Source of the DNA: Deltaproteobacteria bacterium
Lineage (GTDB): Bacteria; SAR324; NAC60-12
DNA length: 64,000 nucleotides
Direction: 5' to 3'
Assembly: GCA_038150265.1 (NCBI GenBank)
Contig: JAYOTF010000008.1
Location: forward strand, 1 to 64,000
A program made the translations under genes and the position numbers. The stretch's first letter is position 1; each line of letters opens with the position of its first letter. The notes beneath the pieces are model-generated. The model saw nothing but the letters and a program-made list of their open reading frames with translations, searched no databases and had not been told where the DNA came from. Positions 9,799-19,253 of this stretch are shown here, piece by piece.

Positions 9799-11364
9799 AT
9801 GGAATTGAATGAAATGTCTCCGGAAGCCCGCAACTGGATGGCAAGTGCCATGGTGGGAATCATCCTTGCTGATGGAGAGGTTAGCCCTGATGAAATTGAG
9901 GCCTTTCGCCTCCGGATCATCAACCTGGTTGAGGTCGAAAAAGCCAAGGAACTGGTGGAGTGCCTCAAGAGCCAGACCGCCCCGAATCTGGAGAAGGTCA
10001 GCCTTTCGAAAGCTGAGGCCTTTGAGGTCATCAAAACCCTGACCCGCATCGCTGGCTCAGACGGCGCCCTGGCACGTCCGGAAGAGCGGACGCTTTACCG
10101 CATGAGCCGCTTGCTCGGACTTCCGGAGGACGTCACCGACCTCGTGCTGGAGCGCGTGGAGAAGGGCCTGACCGAGTCGTTGAAGGTTCAGGTTCAATCG
10201 AAAAAAGTCAACCAATCGGCCATTGGCATGGCCTGGACGCAAACGTCCTGTGCGCTTCTGACGGAGTTTACGCTAGAGTCTGAGGAACGGATTCAGCTGG
10301 AAGTGGTGGAGCCCTCAAAAGAGGAAGGCAAGGGGCTCGTGGCCTACAGTCCCATCACGGCGCTGGTGGACCGCATCAAGTCGAGCCGAGAGGCTCCGGG
10401 AAAGTACATCATTCATGTTCGTTTCCAGACCGCCTTGCGGGTCAGTCACGGCGTGCTGCACCACCTCTTTCCCCACCGCTACGAGAATGGCAAACCGGAT
10501 CCGGTGCATTCTCCCTTCCTGAAGGAAATCGGAGCCGTCAAGGGGCAGTGCAAGGTGTGCGGCGACCGGGAGATCGTGTTCTGGCACAACAACCCGGAGA
10601 CGGTGAGCTACAACATCCTCGGGCTACCAACGCTGCTGCCCGACAAGCTCACGTCAAACGGCCTGCCCTTCCAGGCGTATTTGGCGTCGCTGTGTCCAAA
10701 GTGCATGTTTGCCTCCGAGAGTGCAGACTTCGTTTATGTCCCGAGCCATGAAGTGGAGCCCTTTCCGTTGCCGGCCAAGTTCCGGAACACCTGGATGGCC
10801 AGCATCCCCCAGCGCCGGATTGCCAAGAACCTGGCGTCTCAGGAACGTTGGGAGGTGATCAATCGCGACCTGGAGCAAGGGGTGATGTGCTGGAAAGCCG
10901 TTTTGGAAGCCAACCACACGCTGGCGACCCAAGACTGGCCGTGGGCCCTCCACTACAAGATCAAGAAGGGAAGGGGGCTGATTCATTTTGCCGAAACCTG
11001 CCTCCTGACCAGTCAGCCAGGGCTGGCGATCGACTACTTGCGAGACGCCTATCAGGTGCTGAGTGAGAGTGCCAAGGAGCTGAAGGGCATGGAAGCAGCC
11101 CTCCTGCATGCGGTGCGGGTGATGCTGGCGCTGTGCCTGGAGGATCCGGATCGCGCTGGCAAGAGCGCTGTGGAGTTCAACCGCTCTGGAGTCGATGACT
11201 CCCAGAAGGAGCTCTTTCAGAAGATCCAGACGGCGCTTTCGTATGCCGTCGAAAACAAGAAGGCTTATGCGCTCAAGGGGCTGAGCAACTTTGCTGGAAC
11301 CGAAGAACTCCTCGGCCTGTCTCAGGTCGGAAAGGAAATGGCCGAAGCGTCTCTGCAGCGCTGA
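9799..11364 (+). CDS. Multidomain protein: TerB-like N-terminus, beta-rich (PilZ-like) middle, 2x CxxC Zn-binding (DUF2225-like) region, helical C-terminus
   Basis: TerB-type ADGEVSPDE and SDGALARPEE motifs, CKVC and CPKC pairs, and an AGAGGA RBS before the ATG. Confidence 0.6.
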   Translation: MELNEMSPEARNWMASAMVGIILADGEVSPDEIEAFRLRIINLVEVEKAKELVECLKSQTAPNLEKVSLSKAEAFEVIKTLTRIAGSDGALARPEERTLYRMSRLLGLPEDVTDLVLERVEKGLTESLKVQVQSKKVNQSAIGMAWTQTSCALLTEFTLESEERIQLEVVEPSKEEGKGLVAYSPITALVDRIKSSREAPGKYIIHVRFQTALRVSHGVLHHLFPHRYENGKPDPVHSPFLKEIGAVKGQCKVCGDREIVFWHNNPETVSYNILGLPTLLPDKLTSNGLPFQAYLASLCPKCMFASESADFVYVPSHEVEPFPLPAKFRNTWMASIPQRRIAKNLASQERWEVINRDLEQGVMCWKAVLEANHTLATQDWPWALHYKIKKGRGLIHFAETCLLTSQPGLAIDYLRDAYQVLSESAKELKGMEAALLHAVRVMLALCLEDPDRAGKSAVEFNRSGVDDSQKELFQKIQTALSYAVENKKAYALKGLSNFAGTEELLGLSQVGKEMAEASLQR

Positions 11365-11625
11365 CCCTCCGGAGCCTCACCGAGGCTCCTTCCCCCCTCT
11401 TTTCTCTTCCTTTTGCCCTGAAGGACCAGGGCGCCGCGGGGCCCTGATTGGCCCAAAATGTCCTTCACGTGGGACTTTTTCAGTTTCCTCCTGAGATTTC
11501 CTTAAGAAATCAGTTGGTTGCATTTTTTCAGGAAAGTTCGGGATGTCCGGCATTTCTGTTTGAGAACAGGGACGGGAGCCCCTAGAATGATGCTTTCCCG
11601 TTAGGATGCAACATGAGGATAAGCC

Positions 11626-11982
11626 GTGAGTAGTCCACTGAACAGAAAACCGAACGGAGAGGCAGACCGACGCCGGCTGCTGGTCTCTTTGTGTTTGCTG
11701 TCGGTGCAGTACTGGCAGGAGTCCACTCTGACCTCAAAGGTGGAGCTGGCCACTCAGTCGGAACTGTGGACCGTCAGCCTGGACCGAGGTTCTCCACAGA
11801 CCCGGACCCTGGATCGTTACATGAATTTTCGCTCGATTCCCCGTCGTCCCAATGTGGAAACCGTCTTGCGGACCACCTACTTTGTGCTGGACCAGTGCAA
11901 GGGGAAGAGCCCCCTGCGCCGGCAGTTGGAGGCCAGCCTGAAGGTCTTCCTGGATCTGGAGCAGAAGCTGCGGATGAGCTGA
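11626..11982 (+). CDS. Small conserved-looking hypothetical protein, possibly DNA-binding
   Basis: 118 aa with a GTG start after GAGGA. The motif KVELATQSELWTVSLD..TRTLDRYM...PRRP...VLRTTYFVL resembles a C-terminal domain I recall from hybrid kinases and regulators. Confidence 0.55.
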   Translation: MSSPLNRKPNGEADRRRLLVSLCLLSVQYWQESTLTSKVELATQSELWTVSLDRGSPQTRTLDRYMNFRSIPRRPNVETVLRTTYFVLDQCKGKSPLRRQLEASLKVFLDLEQKLRMS

Positions 11983-11995
11983 GGCTCCAGCACCC

Positions 11996-12898
11996 TCACC
12001 CCTTGGCCCGCTTCCGGAACAGCAGCATGCCACCAATGATGAGCACCATCCCGACGGCATGAAACCACTGGAAGCGCTCTCCTAAAAACGCCACCGCCAG
12101 CAACGACGCAAACACCGGAACCAGGTTCAGAAAGAGTCCGCTCTGACTGGGGCCAATCAACTCAATCCCCCGGTTCCAGCACAGGTACGCCAGGATCGAG
12201 GGAAAGATCGCCACATACCCCACCGCCCATGCGGCTTCCGGACTCCAGTGCGGGAGTCCGTACCAGTTCCACTCCAGCACCATCAGTGGCGTGAGCAATC
12301 CGCCCCCCATCGCAAAGGTCACCGTCAGAAAACTCAGCAGGTGAATCCGGGGCTTGATGCGCAGCAGGGTCGAATAAGAGGCATACGAGATCACGGCGGG
12401 AATCAGCCACAGGTCTCCTGGCACCAACTCAAAGCGCAACAGCACCTCCCAGCTTCCCCGAAACAGCACCATCAGCACACCGGAAAAGCAGAACAGCAGC
12501 CCTGCCCACTGCTTCAGGCCGGCTCGTTCCTGAAACCACCACCCGGACAGCACCAGAATCACAGCCGGTCCTGCCGTTTGCAGCAGGGCCGCATTGATGG
12601 CCTGGGTGGTCTGCAGGGCCACGTAGAAGAGCGTGTTGAAGGTGGTGATGCCCAGCACGGAGAGCAGGAGCAGCATGCGCCATGAAGCCCGGATGGTCGG
12701 CCCGTCCTGCTTCAGGTGAGGCCAGGCGAAGGGGGTCAGGATCATCAGGGCCACCATCCAGCGGATCCAGGCCAGCGTGATCGGAGAGATCAGCTCATTG
12801 ACTCCGCGGGCGGTGACCGCGTTTCCGGCCCAGAACAGCGGCACCAGCGTCAGGAGCAGGTAAGGCTGAGTGGAGAGCCACTCCCGGAAGCGAATCAT
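11996..12898 (-). CDS. DMT/EamA family transporter
   Basis: About 10 TM segments, two EamA repeats, and the motifs LFWAGN, AYLCWNRGI and FLNLVPVF. Confidence 0.92.
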   Translation of the reverse strand: MIRFREWLSTQPYLLLTLVPLFWAGNAVTARGVNELISPITLAWIRWMVALMILTPFAWPHLKQDGPTIRASWRMLLLLSVLGITTFNTLFYVALQTTQAINAALLQTAGPAVILVLSGWWFQERAGLKQWAGLLFCFSGVLMVLFRGSWEVLLRFELVPGDLWLIPAVISYASYSTLLRIKPRIHLLSFLTVTFAMGGGLLTPLMVLEWNWYGLPHWSPEAAWAVGYVAIFPSILAYLCWNRGIELIGPSQSGLFLNLVPVFASLLAVAFLGERFQWFHAVGMVLIIGGMLLFRKRAKG

Positions 12899-12916
12899 GA
12901 GCGGCTCCGCAAGGGC

Positions 12917-15364
12917 TCAGGCACGGACGCGCTCCGAACGGGGATCGTAGAAGGCCTGCAGGGAGGCACGAGCCGGGTAGCGGACTCCGGCGACTTCCAC
13001 CTCAAAGGAGCGGGCCGCAAGGGCGGCAGCCGTGACCGGCTCTTCCAGCGTGACGTAGCCCATTCCCAGGCAGGTGCCCACGGTGTGGCCGTACATTCCA
13101 GAGGTCGTTTCCCCGACAATTTGGTCGCCACACCAGATGGGCTCATTGTGATAAAGCAAGGGCTCCGGATCCTCGAGCGCCAGCTGCACGAGCCGCCGCT
13201 TCACAGGGCCTTGCTCCCGGAGGCGGAGCAGAGCGTCTCGTCCCATGAACCCACCGGGTTTGTCCCAGGCCACCGCGAAGCTCAGGCCGGCATGGAGCGG
13301 GGTGTCGTCATCCGCAATGTCGTGGCCAAAGTGCCGATACCCCTTCTCAAGCCGGAGCGAGTTGAGCGCATGGTACCCGGCGAGCTTCAGGTCGTAGCGG
13401 GCTCCGGTGGTCCGGAGGAGGTCAAACACCTGCTGAGCAAACTCGGTTGGCAGGTAGAGTTCCCACCCCAACTCCCCGACATACGTCACCCGCAGGGCCC
13501 AGGCTCGGGCGTATCCCAGTTCAATCTCCTGAGCGGTGCCAAACGGAAACGCCTCGTTGGAAAGGTCGGCTGGCGTCAGCGCCTGCAGCAGCTCCCGGGA
13601 ACGGGGCCCCATCACGCTGAGGGTGACCCACCCAGAGGTGACATCGGTGACGGTGCAGCGGGCGTCTTCCGGAAGGTGCTGCTCCAGCCACAGGCGGTCC
13701 CGGACCTGTGTGGCAACGGAACTGACCACGAGGAAGGTGGTTTCGCTCATCCGCGTCACCGTCAGGTCGGCCTCAAAAGTGCCCCGCTCATTGAGCCACG
13801 CCGTGTAAACGACGGTTCCGGGCGGCACGGCGATGTCATTGGCACAGAGGTGGTTGAGGAAGGACTCGGCCTCCTTGCCCTGGACCCAAAACTTGGAGAA
13901 GGAAGAGAGGTCAAACAGGCCCACGGCTTCCCGGACGGCGCGGTGTTCTGCCGCCGAGGCGTCAAACCAGTTCTGGCGGCCGTAGCTGTATTCGTACGCG
14001 GGGTGGCTTCCTGCAGGAGCAAACCAGTTGGCGCGTTCCCATCCAGAGGCTTCCCCAAAGCAGGCGCCTGCGTCGGCCAACCGATCGTGCAGCACGGAGC
14101 GGCGGACGCCTCGGGCGGTTTCCGGCTGCCGGAAGGGCCAGTGCATCGCATACAGCAGCCCAAGGCCTTCGACTGTCCGGTCGTAGAGGTAGCGGGCATT
14201 GGACTGGAAGGGCTGCATGCGCCGCAGGTCAACGTCCCACAACTCCATCGGGGGGTGTCCGTTGAGGATCCACTCGGCCAGCACCTTCCCGGCTCCGCCT
14301 CCGGACTGGATGCCAATGGAGTTGAAGCCGGCAGCGACAAAGAAGTTCTTCAGCTCCGGAGCCGGACCCAGCAGGTAACGGTCATCCGGGGTGAAGCTTT
14401 CGGGGCCATTGAAGAAGAGCTGGATGCCAGCGTGCTCCAGCTGGGGAATGCGGTGCAGGGCCTTTTCCATGACTGGAGCAAAGTGGTCCCAGTCTTCCGG
14501 AAACTGCCCGAAGGCGAAGTCTTCCGGGAGGCTCTCAAGCGTCCGGGGTTTGGCAACAGGCTCAAAGCAGCCCACCAGCAGCTTCCCGGCGTCTTCCTTG
14601 TAGTAACACCACCCTCCGGGATCGCGCAGCACCGGCAGCGTATCGGGAATGCCCATGGGTTCGGTGACCAGGTAGAAGTGCTCTGCGGCATGGAGGGGCA
14701 CCGAGACTCCGGCCCACTGTCCAACCTGCCGGGCCCAGAGCCCCGCGCAGTTGACCACCACTTGCGCCCGGATGTCACCCTGAGCGGTCCGGACGCCAAT
14801 GGCCGCCCCATGTTCAGTGAGGACGTCGGTGACTTCAACGTCCTCGACAATCGTGGCGCCTCCCTGCCGAGCCCCCTTGGCCAGCGCCAGGGTGACGTCC
14901 ACCGGATTGGTTTGACCGTCCCTGGGCAGAAAGACGGCTCCCACCACATCTTCCGTGTTGAGGAAGGGGTGACGTGCTGCCGCTTCTTCCGGAGAGATGA
15001 CCTCAACCTCCAACCCGAAGCACTTGGCCATGGAGGCCCCACGCTTCAGTTCCTCAAAGCGTTCCAGGTCTGTGGCGACCGAAATGGAGCCGTTTTGCTT
15101 GAAGCCGGTCCCGTGTCCGGTTTTGGCTTCCAGCTCTGCATAGAGGTCGCTGGTGTACTGAGCGAGGCGGGTCATGTTCTTGGTCGCCCGAAGCTGTCCT
15201 ACCAGTCCAGCGGCATGCCAGGTGGTTCCGGAGGTCAGCTGCTTGCGTTCCAGCAGCAGGACGTCGGAGCACCCCAGTTCCGTGAGGTGGTAGGCGAGGC
15301 TGCAGCCAATCACTCCCCCACCAATGATGAGGACCTGGGTGTGGGAGGGAAGGGAAGTCGTCAT
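12917..15364 (-). CDS. GcvT-family FAD-dependent N-demethylase (dimethylglycine/sarcosine dehydrogenase-like)
   Basis: GGGVIGCS FAD motif, SGTTWHAAGL (covalent-FAD His), NGPESFTPD, and a C-terminal GcvT domain with TYVGELGWEL and SLRLEKGY. Confidence 0.92.
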   Translation of the reverse strand: MTTSLPSHTQVLIIGGGVIGCSLAYHLTELGCSDVLLLERKQLTSGTTWHAAGLVGQLRATKNMTRLAQYTSDLYAELEAKTGHGTGFKQNGSISVATDLERFEELKRGASMAKCFGLEVEVISPEEAAARHPFLNTEDVVGAVFLPRDGQTNPVDVTLALAKGARQGGATIVEDVEVTDVLTEHGAAIGVRTAQGDIRAQVVVNCAGLWARQVGQWAGVSVPLHAAEHFYLVTEPMGIPDTLPVLRDPGGWCYYKEDAGKLLVGCFEPVAKPRTLESLPEDFAFGQFPEDWDHFAPVMEKALHRIPQLEHAGIQLFFNGPESFTPDDRYLLGPAPELKNFFVAAGFNSIGIQSGGGAGKVLAEWILNGHPPMELWDVDLRRMQPFQSNARYLYDRTVEGLGLLYAMHWPFRQPETARGVRRSVLHDRLADAGACFGEASGWERANWFAPAGSHPAYEYSYGRQNWFDASAAEHRAVREAVGLFDLSSFSKFWVQGKEAESFLNHLCANDIAVPPGTVVYTAWLNERGTFEADLTVTRMSETTFLVVSSVATQVRDRLWLEQHLPEDARCTVTDVTSGWVTLSVMGPRSRELLQALTPADLSNEAFPFGTAQEIELGYARAWALRVTYVGELGWELYLPTEFAQQVFDLLRTTGARYDLKLAGYHALNSLRLEKGYRHFGHDIADDDTPLHAGLSFAVAWDKPGGFMGRDALLRLREQGPVKRRLVQLALEDPEPLLYHNEPIWCGDQIVGETTSGMYGHTVGTCLGMGYVTLEEPVTAAALAARSFEVEVAGVRYPARASLQAFYDPRSERVRA

Positions 15365-15379
15365 GCCACCTCTTGGGGT

Positions 15380-16024
15380 TTAGGGTTTGGGGTGATCGTA
15401 GATGATCTCGCGGGGCGCGACGGAGCCTCCGGAGATGATGAACTGCATGGCTTCGTCCACCGACCAGCCGGTGTTGGTCAGGTGTTCCACTGGCACGATC
15501 TCGAGGTATCCGGAGGTCGGGTTCGGAGTCGTGGGCACATAAACGGCTGCGAGCTCCCGTCCGGTGGCATCATCCAGAAAGGTCCGGGTCACGAGCCCCA
15601 CGGTTTTCATTTCTGGAGTGGGGAACGGAATGAGGACCACCCGCTGGTTTCCGGAAGGCCCGGTGTTGAGGGAGTCCAGGAATTGCTTGATGAGCCCGTA
15701 AACCGTCTTCACCAGCGGCAGGTACGAGATTCCGGACTCCACCCACGCCATCAGCTTGCGGCCAATGACGCGCTGAGCCATCAGGCCAATCAGGTAAAGC
15801 CCGACAAACGAGATCACCAGGGCGACCAACCCCTGGACCCACGGCAGGTTGAGCAGCCGCTCAATCTGGGGAAGCTCCTGGTGGATCAGGCGGGTCAGAG
15901 GCTGCAGCGCCGGAGCAAAGAGGCTGGCCATGAGGCCCAGCAAAAAGTCAATGGCTGCAAGGGTGGCCACGACCGGAAGGGCCGCTCCGGCTCCCGCCAG
16001 CACGGTTTTGCGGATGTTTGACAC
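15380..16024 (-). CDS. DUF502 family membrane protein
   Basis: LPLVKTVY and the VYVPTTPNPTSGY signature with IISGG. Start moved to GTG 16024 after GGAG. Confidence 0.88.
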   Translation of the reverse strand: MSNIRKTVLAGAGAALPVVATLAAIDFLLGLMASLFAPALQPLTRLIHQELPQIERLLNLPWVQGLVALVISFVGLYLIGLMAQRVIGRKLMAWVESGISYLPLVKTVYGLIKQFLDSLNTGPSGNQRVVLIPFPTPEMKTVGLVTRTFLDDATGRELAAVYVPTTPNPTSGYLEIVPVEHLTNTGWSVDEAMQFIISGGSVAPREIIYDHPKP

Positions 16025-16161
16025 GAGACACGTCTCCCAAGAAAGTTGAAGCAAGAGGAGGGTGCATGATAACCGTTCCGGTTCCGATGCTGCAACCCGG
16101 ATTGTGTCTCAAATCCTGCGCCTGTTTGGGGGAGCCGGAGGGCGTTCCTCCGGCAGACGGG

Positions 16162-17658
16162 TCAGTTCATGGTGGGGAAGCTGAACACGGCCCCGTCCTT
16201 GATGCCCTGTGGCCAGCGACTGGTGACGGCCTTCACCCGTGTGTAGAAGTGAACGGATTCCGGACCATAGATGTGGTGGTCGCCAAACAGCGACTGCTTC
16301 CAGCCGCCGAAGCTGTGGTAGGCCACCGGAACCGGAATGGGCACGTTCACGCCGACCATGCCCACTTCCACCTTGCTGACAAAGTCGTGTGCGGCATCGC
16401 CGTCGCGGGTGAAGATGGCCACGCCGTTTCCGTAGGGGTTGCCATGAATGAGCTGCAGGGCGTCGTCGTAGTCCTTGGCCCGGACGGTACAGAGGACGGG
16501 GCCAAACACCTCCTCCTGGTACACCTGCATGGAAGACTGGACGTGGTCCAGCAGGCAGCCGCCAATGAAGTAGCCGTCTTCGTGTCCCGGAACCTTCAGG
16601 CTGCGGCCATCGACACGCAAGGTCGCGCCTTCGTCCACGCCACTGGTGACAAGTGAGGCCACGCGGTCGCGGTGCTCGCGAGTAATGAGGGGCCCCATCT
16701 CCATGCCGGCTTCGGTTCCCGGACCCACCTTGAGGGCTTCAATGCGTGGGATCAGGCGCTCCATGAGGGCGTCAGCGGTCTTCTCCCCAACAGGGACGGC
16801 GACCGAGATGGCCATGCAGCGCTCTCCGGCTGATCCGAAAGCGGCGCCCATGAGGGCGTCAGTGACCTGGTCGAGGTCGGCATCAGGGAGGATGACCATG
16901 TGGTTTTTGGCGCCGCCAAGGGCCTGGACGCGTTTGCCGTTTGCCGTCCCTCGGGCGTAAATGGACCGAGCCACCGGGGTGGAGCCCACGAAGCTGATGG
17001 CCTTCACATCCGGATGATCCAGCAGGGCATCCACAGCCACCTTGTCTCCCTGAACCACGTTGAAGACTCCATCCGGAAGTCCCGCCCGGGTCAGCAATTC
17101 GGCCATCAGCAGAGCGGCCGAGGGGTCCTTCTCGGAGGGCTTGAGGATGAAGCTGTTGCCACACGCGAGCGCAATGGGGTACATCCACATTGGCACCATC
17201 GCCGGAAAGTTGAAGGGCGTGATGCCGGCCACGACTCCGAGCGGTTGCGGGTAGGACCAGGCGTCGACGGAGCTGGCGACCTGTTCGGTGTAGGAGCCCT
17301 TGAGCAGGTGCGGGATGCCGCAGGCAAACTCCACCACCTCAATGCCCCGGGTGACTTCACCCAGGGCGTCGTCGAGCGTCTTGCCATGCTCACGGGTCAG
17401 GTGAGCCGCCAGCTCTTCGGCATGCTCCTGAAGCAGTTCGTTGAAGCGGAACATCACCCGCGCTCGCTTCAGCGGAGGCGTGTCGCGCCACGCCGGAAAG
17501 GCCTCGGCAGCAACCCGGACCACGGAGTCCACTTCAGCAGCGGTCGAGAGGTGTACGGCTCCGATCACTCCACCCGTTGCCGGGTTGTGGACCTCCAGAG
17601 TGGCGCCGGACGCAGCGGTGCGTTTGCCCGAGACGTAGTTTCCGATGACGTTGCTCAT
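16162..17658 (-). CDS. mmsA: CoA-acylating (methyl)malonate-semialdehyde dehydrogenase
   Basis: ITPFNFPAMVPMW, KPSEKDP, ISFVGST, GGAKNH, GSAGERCMA and EEVFGPV. Confidence 0.93.
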   Translation of the reverse strand: MSNVIGNYVSGKRTAASGATLEVHNPATGGVIGAVHLSTAAEVDSVVRVAAEAFPAWRDTPPLKRARVMFRFNELLQEHAEELAAHLTREHGKTLDDALGEVTRGIEVVEFACGIPHLLKGSYTEQVASSVDAWSYPQPLGVVAGITPFNFPAMVPMWMYPIALACGNSFILKPSEKDPSAALLMAELLTRAGLPDGVFNVVQGDKVAVDALLDHPDVKAISFVGSTPVARSIYARGTANGKRVQALGGAKNHMVILPDADLDQVTDALMGAAFGSAGERCMAISVAVPVGEKTADALMERLIPRIEALKVGPGTEAGMEMGPLITREHRDRVASLVTSGVDEGATLRVDGRSLKVPGHEDGYFIGGCLLDHVQSSMQVYQEEVFGPVLCTVRAKDYDDALQLIHGNPYGNGVAIFTRDGDAAHDFVSKVEVGMVGVNVPIPVPVAYHSFGGWKQSLFGDHHIYGPESVHFYTRVKAVTSRWPQGIKDGAVFSFPTMN

Positions 17659-17802
17659 GTTTCTCCTTGGATAGGCGGTGCCCCTGCACGGCTCAGCACA
17701 GGAAAGAGGGGGCTGCAGATGAGGAGGCTACAGCGACTTGAAATCCCCGAAATCCTATTGGGCTCGGGGCGGTGAATCAAGCTTTTCTCTAGATTTGGAA
17801 CA

Positions 17803-17834
17803 GCGGGTCTCATTCAAGAGGAAACCAGACCCGC
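17803..17834 (-). terminator. Possible stem-loop terminator downstream of asnS
   Basis: Inverted repeat GCGGGTCT...AGACCCGC between asnS and mmsA with only a weak U-tract. Confidence 0.3.
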
Positions 17835-17864
17835 GGTCCAGAGGAGGCTGGAGGAAGGTGGGGG

Positions 17865-19253
17865 TCAGAAACTGGCGTTTCCGGGGGTCCGGGGGAAGGG
17901 GATGACGTCTCGGATGTTCTTCATGCCCGTCATGAACTGAACCAGCCGCTCAAAGCCAAGCCCGAATCCGGAGTGGGGGGCGGAGCCAAAGCGCCGGAGG
18001 TCGAGGTACCACTCGTACTCGGATTCGGGCATGCCCATTTCCTGCATCCGCTGCTGCAGGCGTTCCAGGGAGTCTTCGCGCTGGGAGCCCCCGACAATTT
18101 CTCCGAGCCGCGGGAAGAGGACATCCATGGCCGCAACCGTCTTGCCGTCATCATTCTGCTTCATGTAGAAGGCCTTGATGTCCCGCGGGTAGTCGGTGAG
18201 GGTGACCGGTTTGCGGAAGTGCGTGTCGGTGAGGTAGCGCTCATGCTCAGACTGCAGGTCTGCGCCCCACTCCACCGGAAACTCGAAGGTCTGTCCGGAA
18301 GCCAGCAGGATCTCCACGGCTTCGGTGTAGGTCAGGACCTCGAAGGTGGAGTCCCGGATGTGTTCCAGGCTGGACACCAACTCCGGATCATACATCTTCT
18401 GGAGGAACTCCAGGTCGTCGAGGTTGCGCTCCAGGCACTCTGCAACAAGGAACTTGAGGAACTTTTCGGTGAACTGAACCATCTCCGGAAGCTCCATGAA
18501 CGCCATCTCGGGCTCAATCATCCAGAACTCGGCAAGGTGCCGGGACGTGTTGGAGTTTTCTGCCCGGAAGGTGGGGCCGAAGGTGTAGACGTTGGTGAAG
18601 GCGAGGGCCATGACCTCGGCTCCAAGCTGTCCGGAGACCGTCAGGTTGACGGGGGTCCCAAAGAAATCCTGGTGGTAGTCGATGGCTCCCGACTCGGTCC
18701 GGGGCGGCGCTTCCGGATCCAGGGTGCTGACCCGAAAGAGATCCCCGGCGCCTTCGGTGTCGCTGGCGGTGATGATCGGCGTGTGGGCGTAGAGGAACCC
18801 GTGCTCCTGAAAGAAGCGGTGGACGGTCCAGGCGAGGGTGTTCCGGATGCGGAAGACTGCGCCCAGGGTGTTGGTTCGGGGACGCAGGTGGGCGATCTCC
18901 CGGAGGAATTCCAGCGTGTGCCCCTTCTTCTGCAACGGGTAGCTTTCTCCGGAGGCCAGTCCGTAGATGTGAAAGCGCTTGGCCTGCACCTCAAAGGCCT
19001 GCCCCTTTCCGGGAGAGCGGACGAGCTCCCCTTCCACTTCCAGAGCAGCACCGGTGCCAACGGCTTTCAGCGCCTCGTAATTGGGGGTGGATTCATCGAC
19101 CACCACCTGCAGGCCGTTGCGGTTGGAGCCATCGTTGAGGTTGAGGAACGAGAAGCCCTTGGACGTACGCTTGGTCCGGACCCATCCCCGGAGCAAGACG
19201 GTGGAGCCAATCTGATGCTCCTCAAGCGTGGCCATGCGGTGAGGGGTGCTCAT
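17865..19253 (-). CDS. asnS: Asparagine--tRNA ligase
   Basis: OB fold GWVRTKR, motif 2 [25 protein letters not shown] and motif 3 GFGLGFER. Confidence 0.97.
   Translation of the reverse strand: MSTPHRMATLEEHQIGSTVLLRGWVRTKRTSKGFSFLNLNDGSNRNGLQVVVDESTPNYEALKAVGTGAALEVEGELVRSPGKGQAFEVQAKRFHIYGLASGESYPLQKKGHTLEFLREIAHLRPRTNTLGAVFRIRNTLAWTVHRFFQEHGFLYAHTPIITASDTEGAGDLFRVSTLDPEAPPRTESGAIDYHQDFFGTPVNLTVSGQLGAEVMALAFTNVYTFGPTFRAENSNTSRHLAEFWMIEPEMAFMELPEMVQFTEKFLKFLVAECLERNLDDLEFLQKMYDPELVSSLEHIRDSTFEVLTYTEAVEILLASGQTFEFPVEWGADLQSEHERYLTDTHFRKPVTLTDYPRDIKAFYMKQNDDGKTVAAMDVLFPRLGEIVGGSQREDSLERLQQRMQEMGMPESEYEWYLDLRRFGSAPHSGFGLGFERLVQFMTGMKNIRDVIPFPRTPGNASF

Noticed and set aside
12716..16021. 1101-aa plus-strand ORF, and similar long antisense ORFs (e.g. 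2974-4566, 17973-19361, 20638-22368, 37778-39556, 59279-60838)
   Set aside because: They lie antisense to well-supported genes and have no recognisable motifs. They are the expected shadow ORFs of high-GC codon usage.
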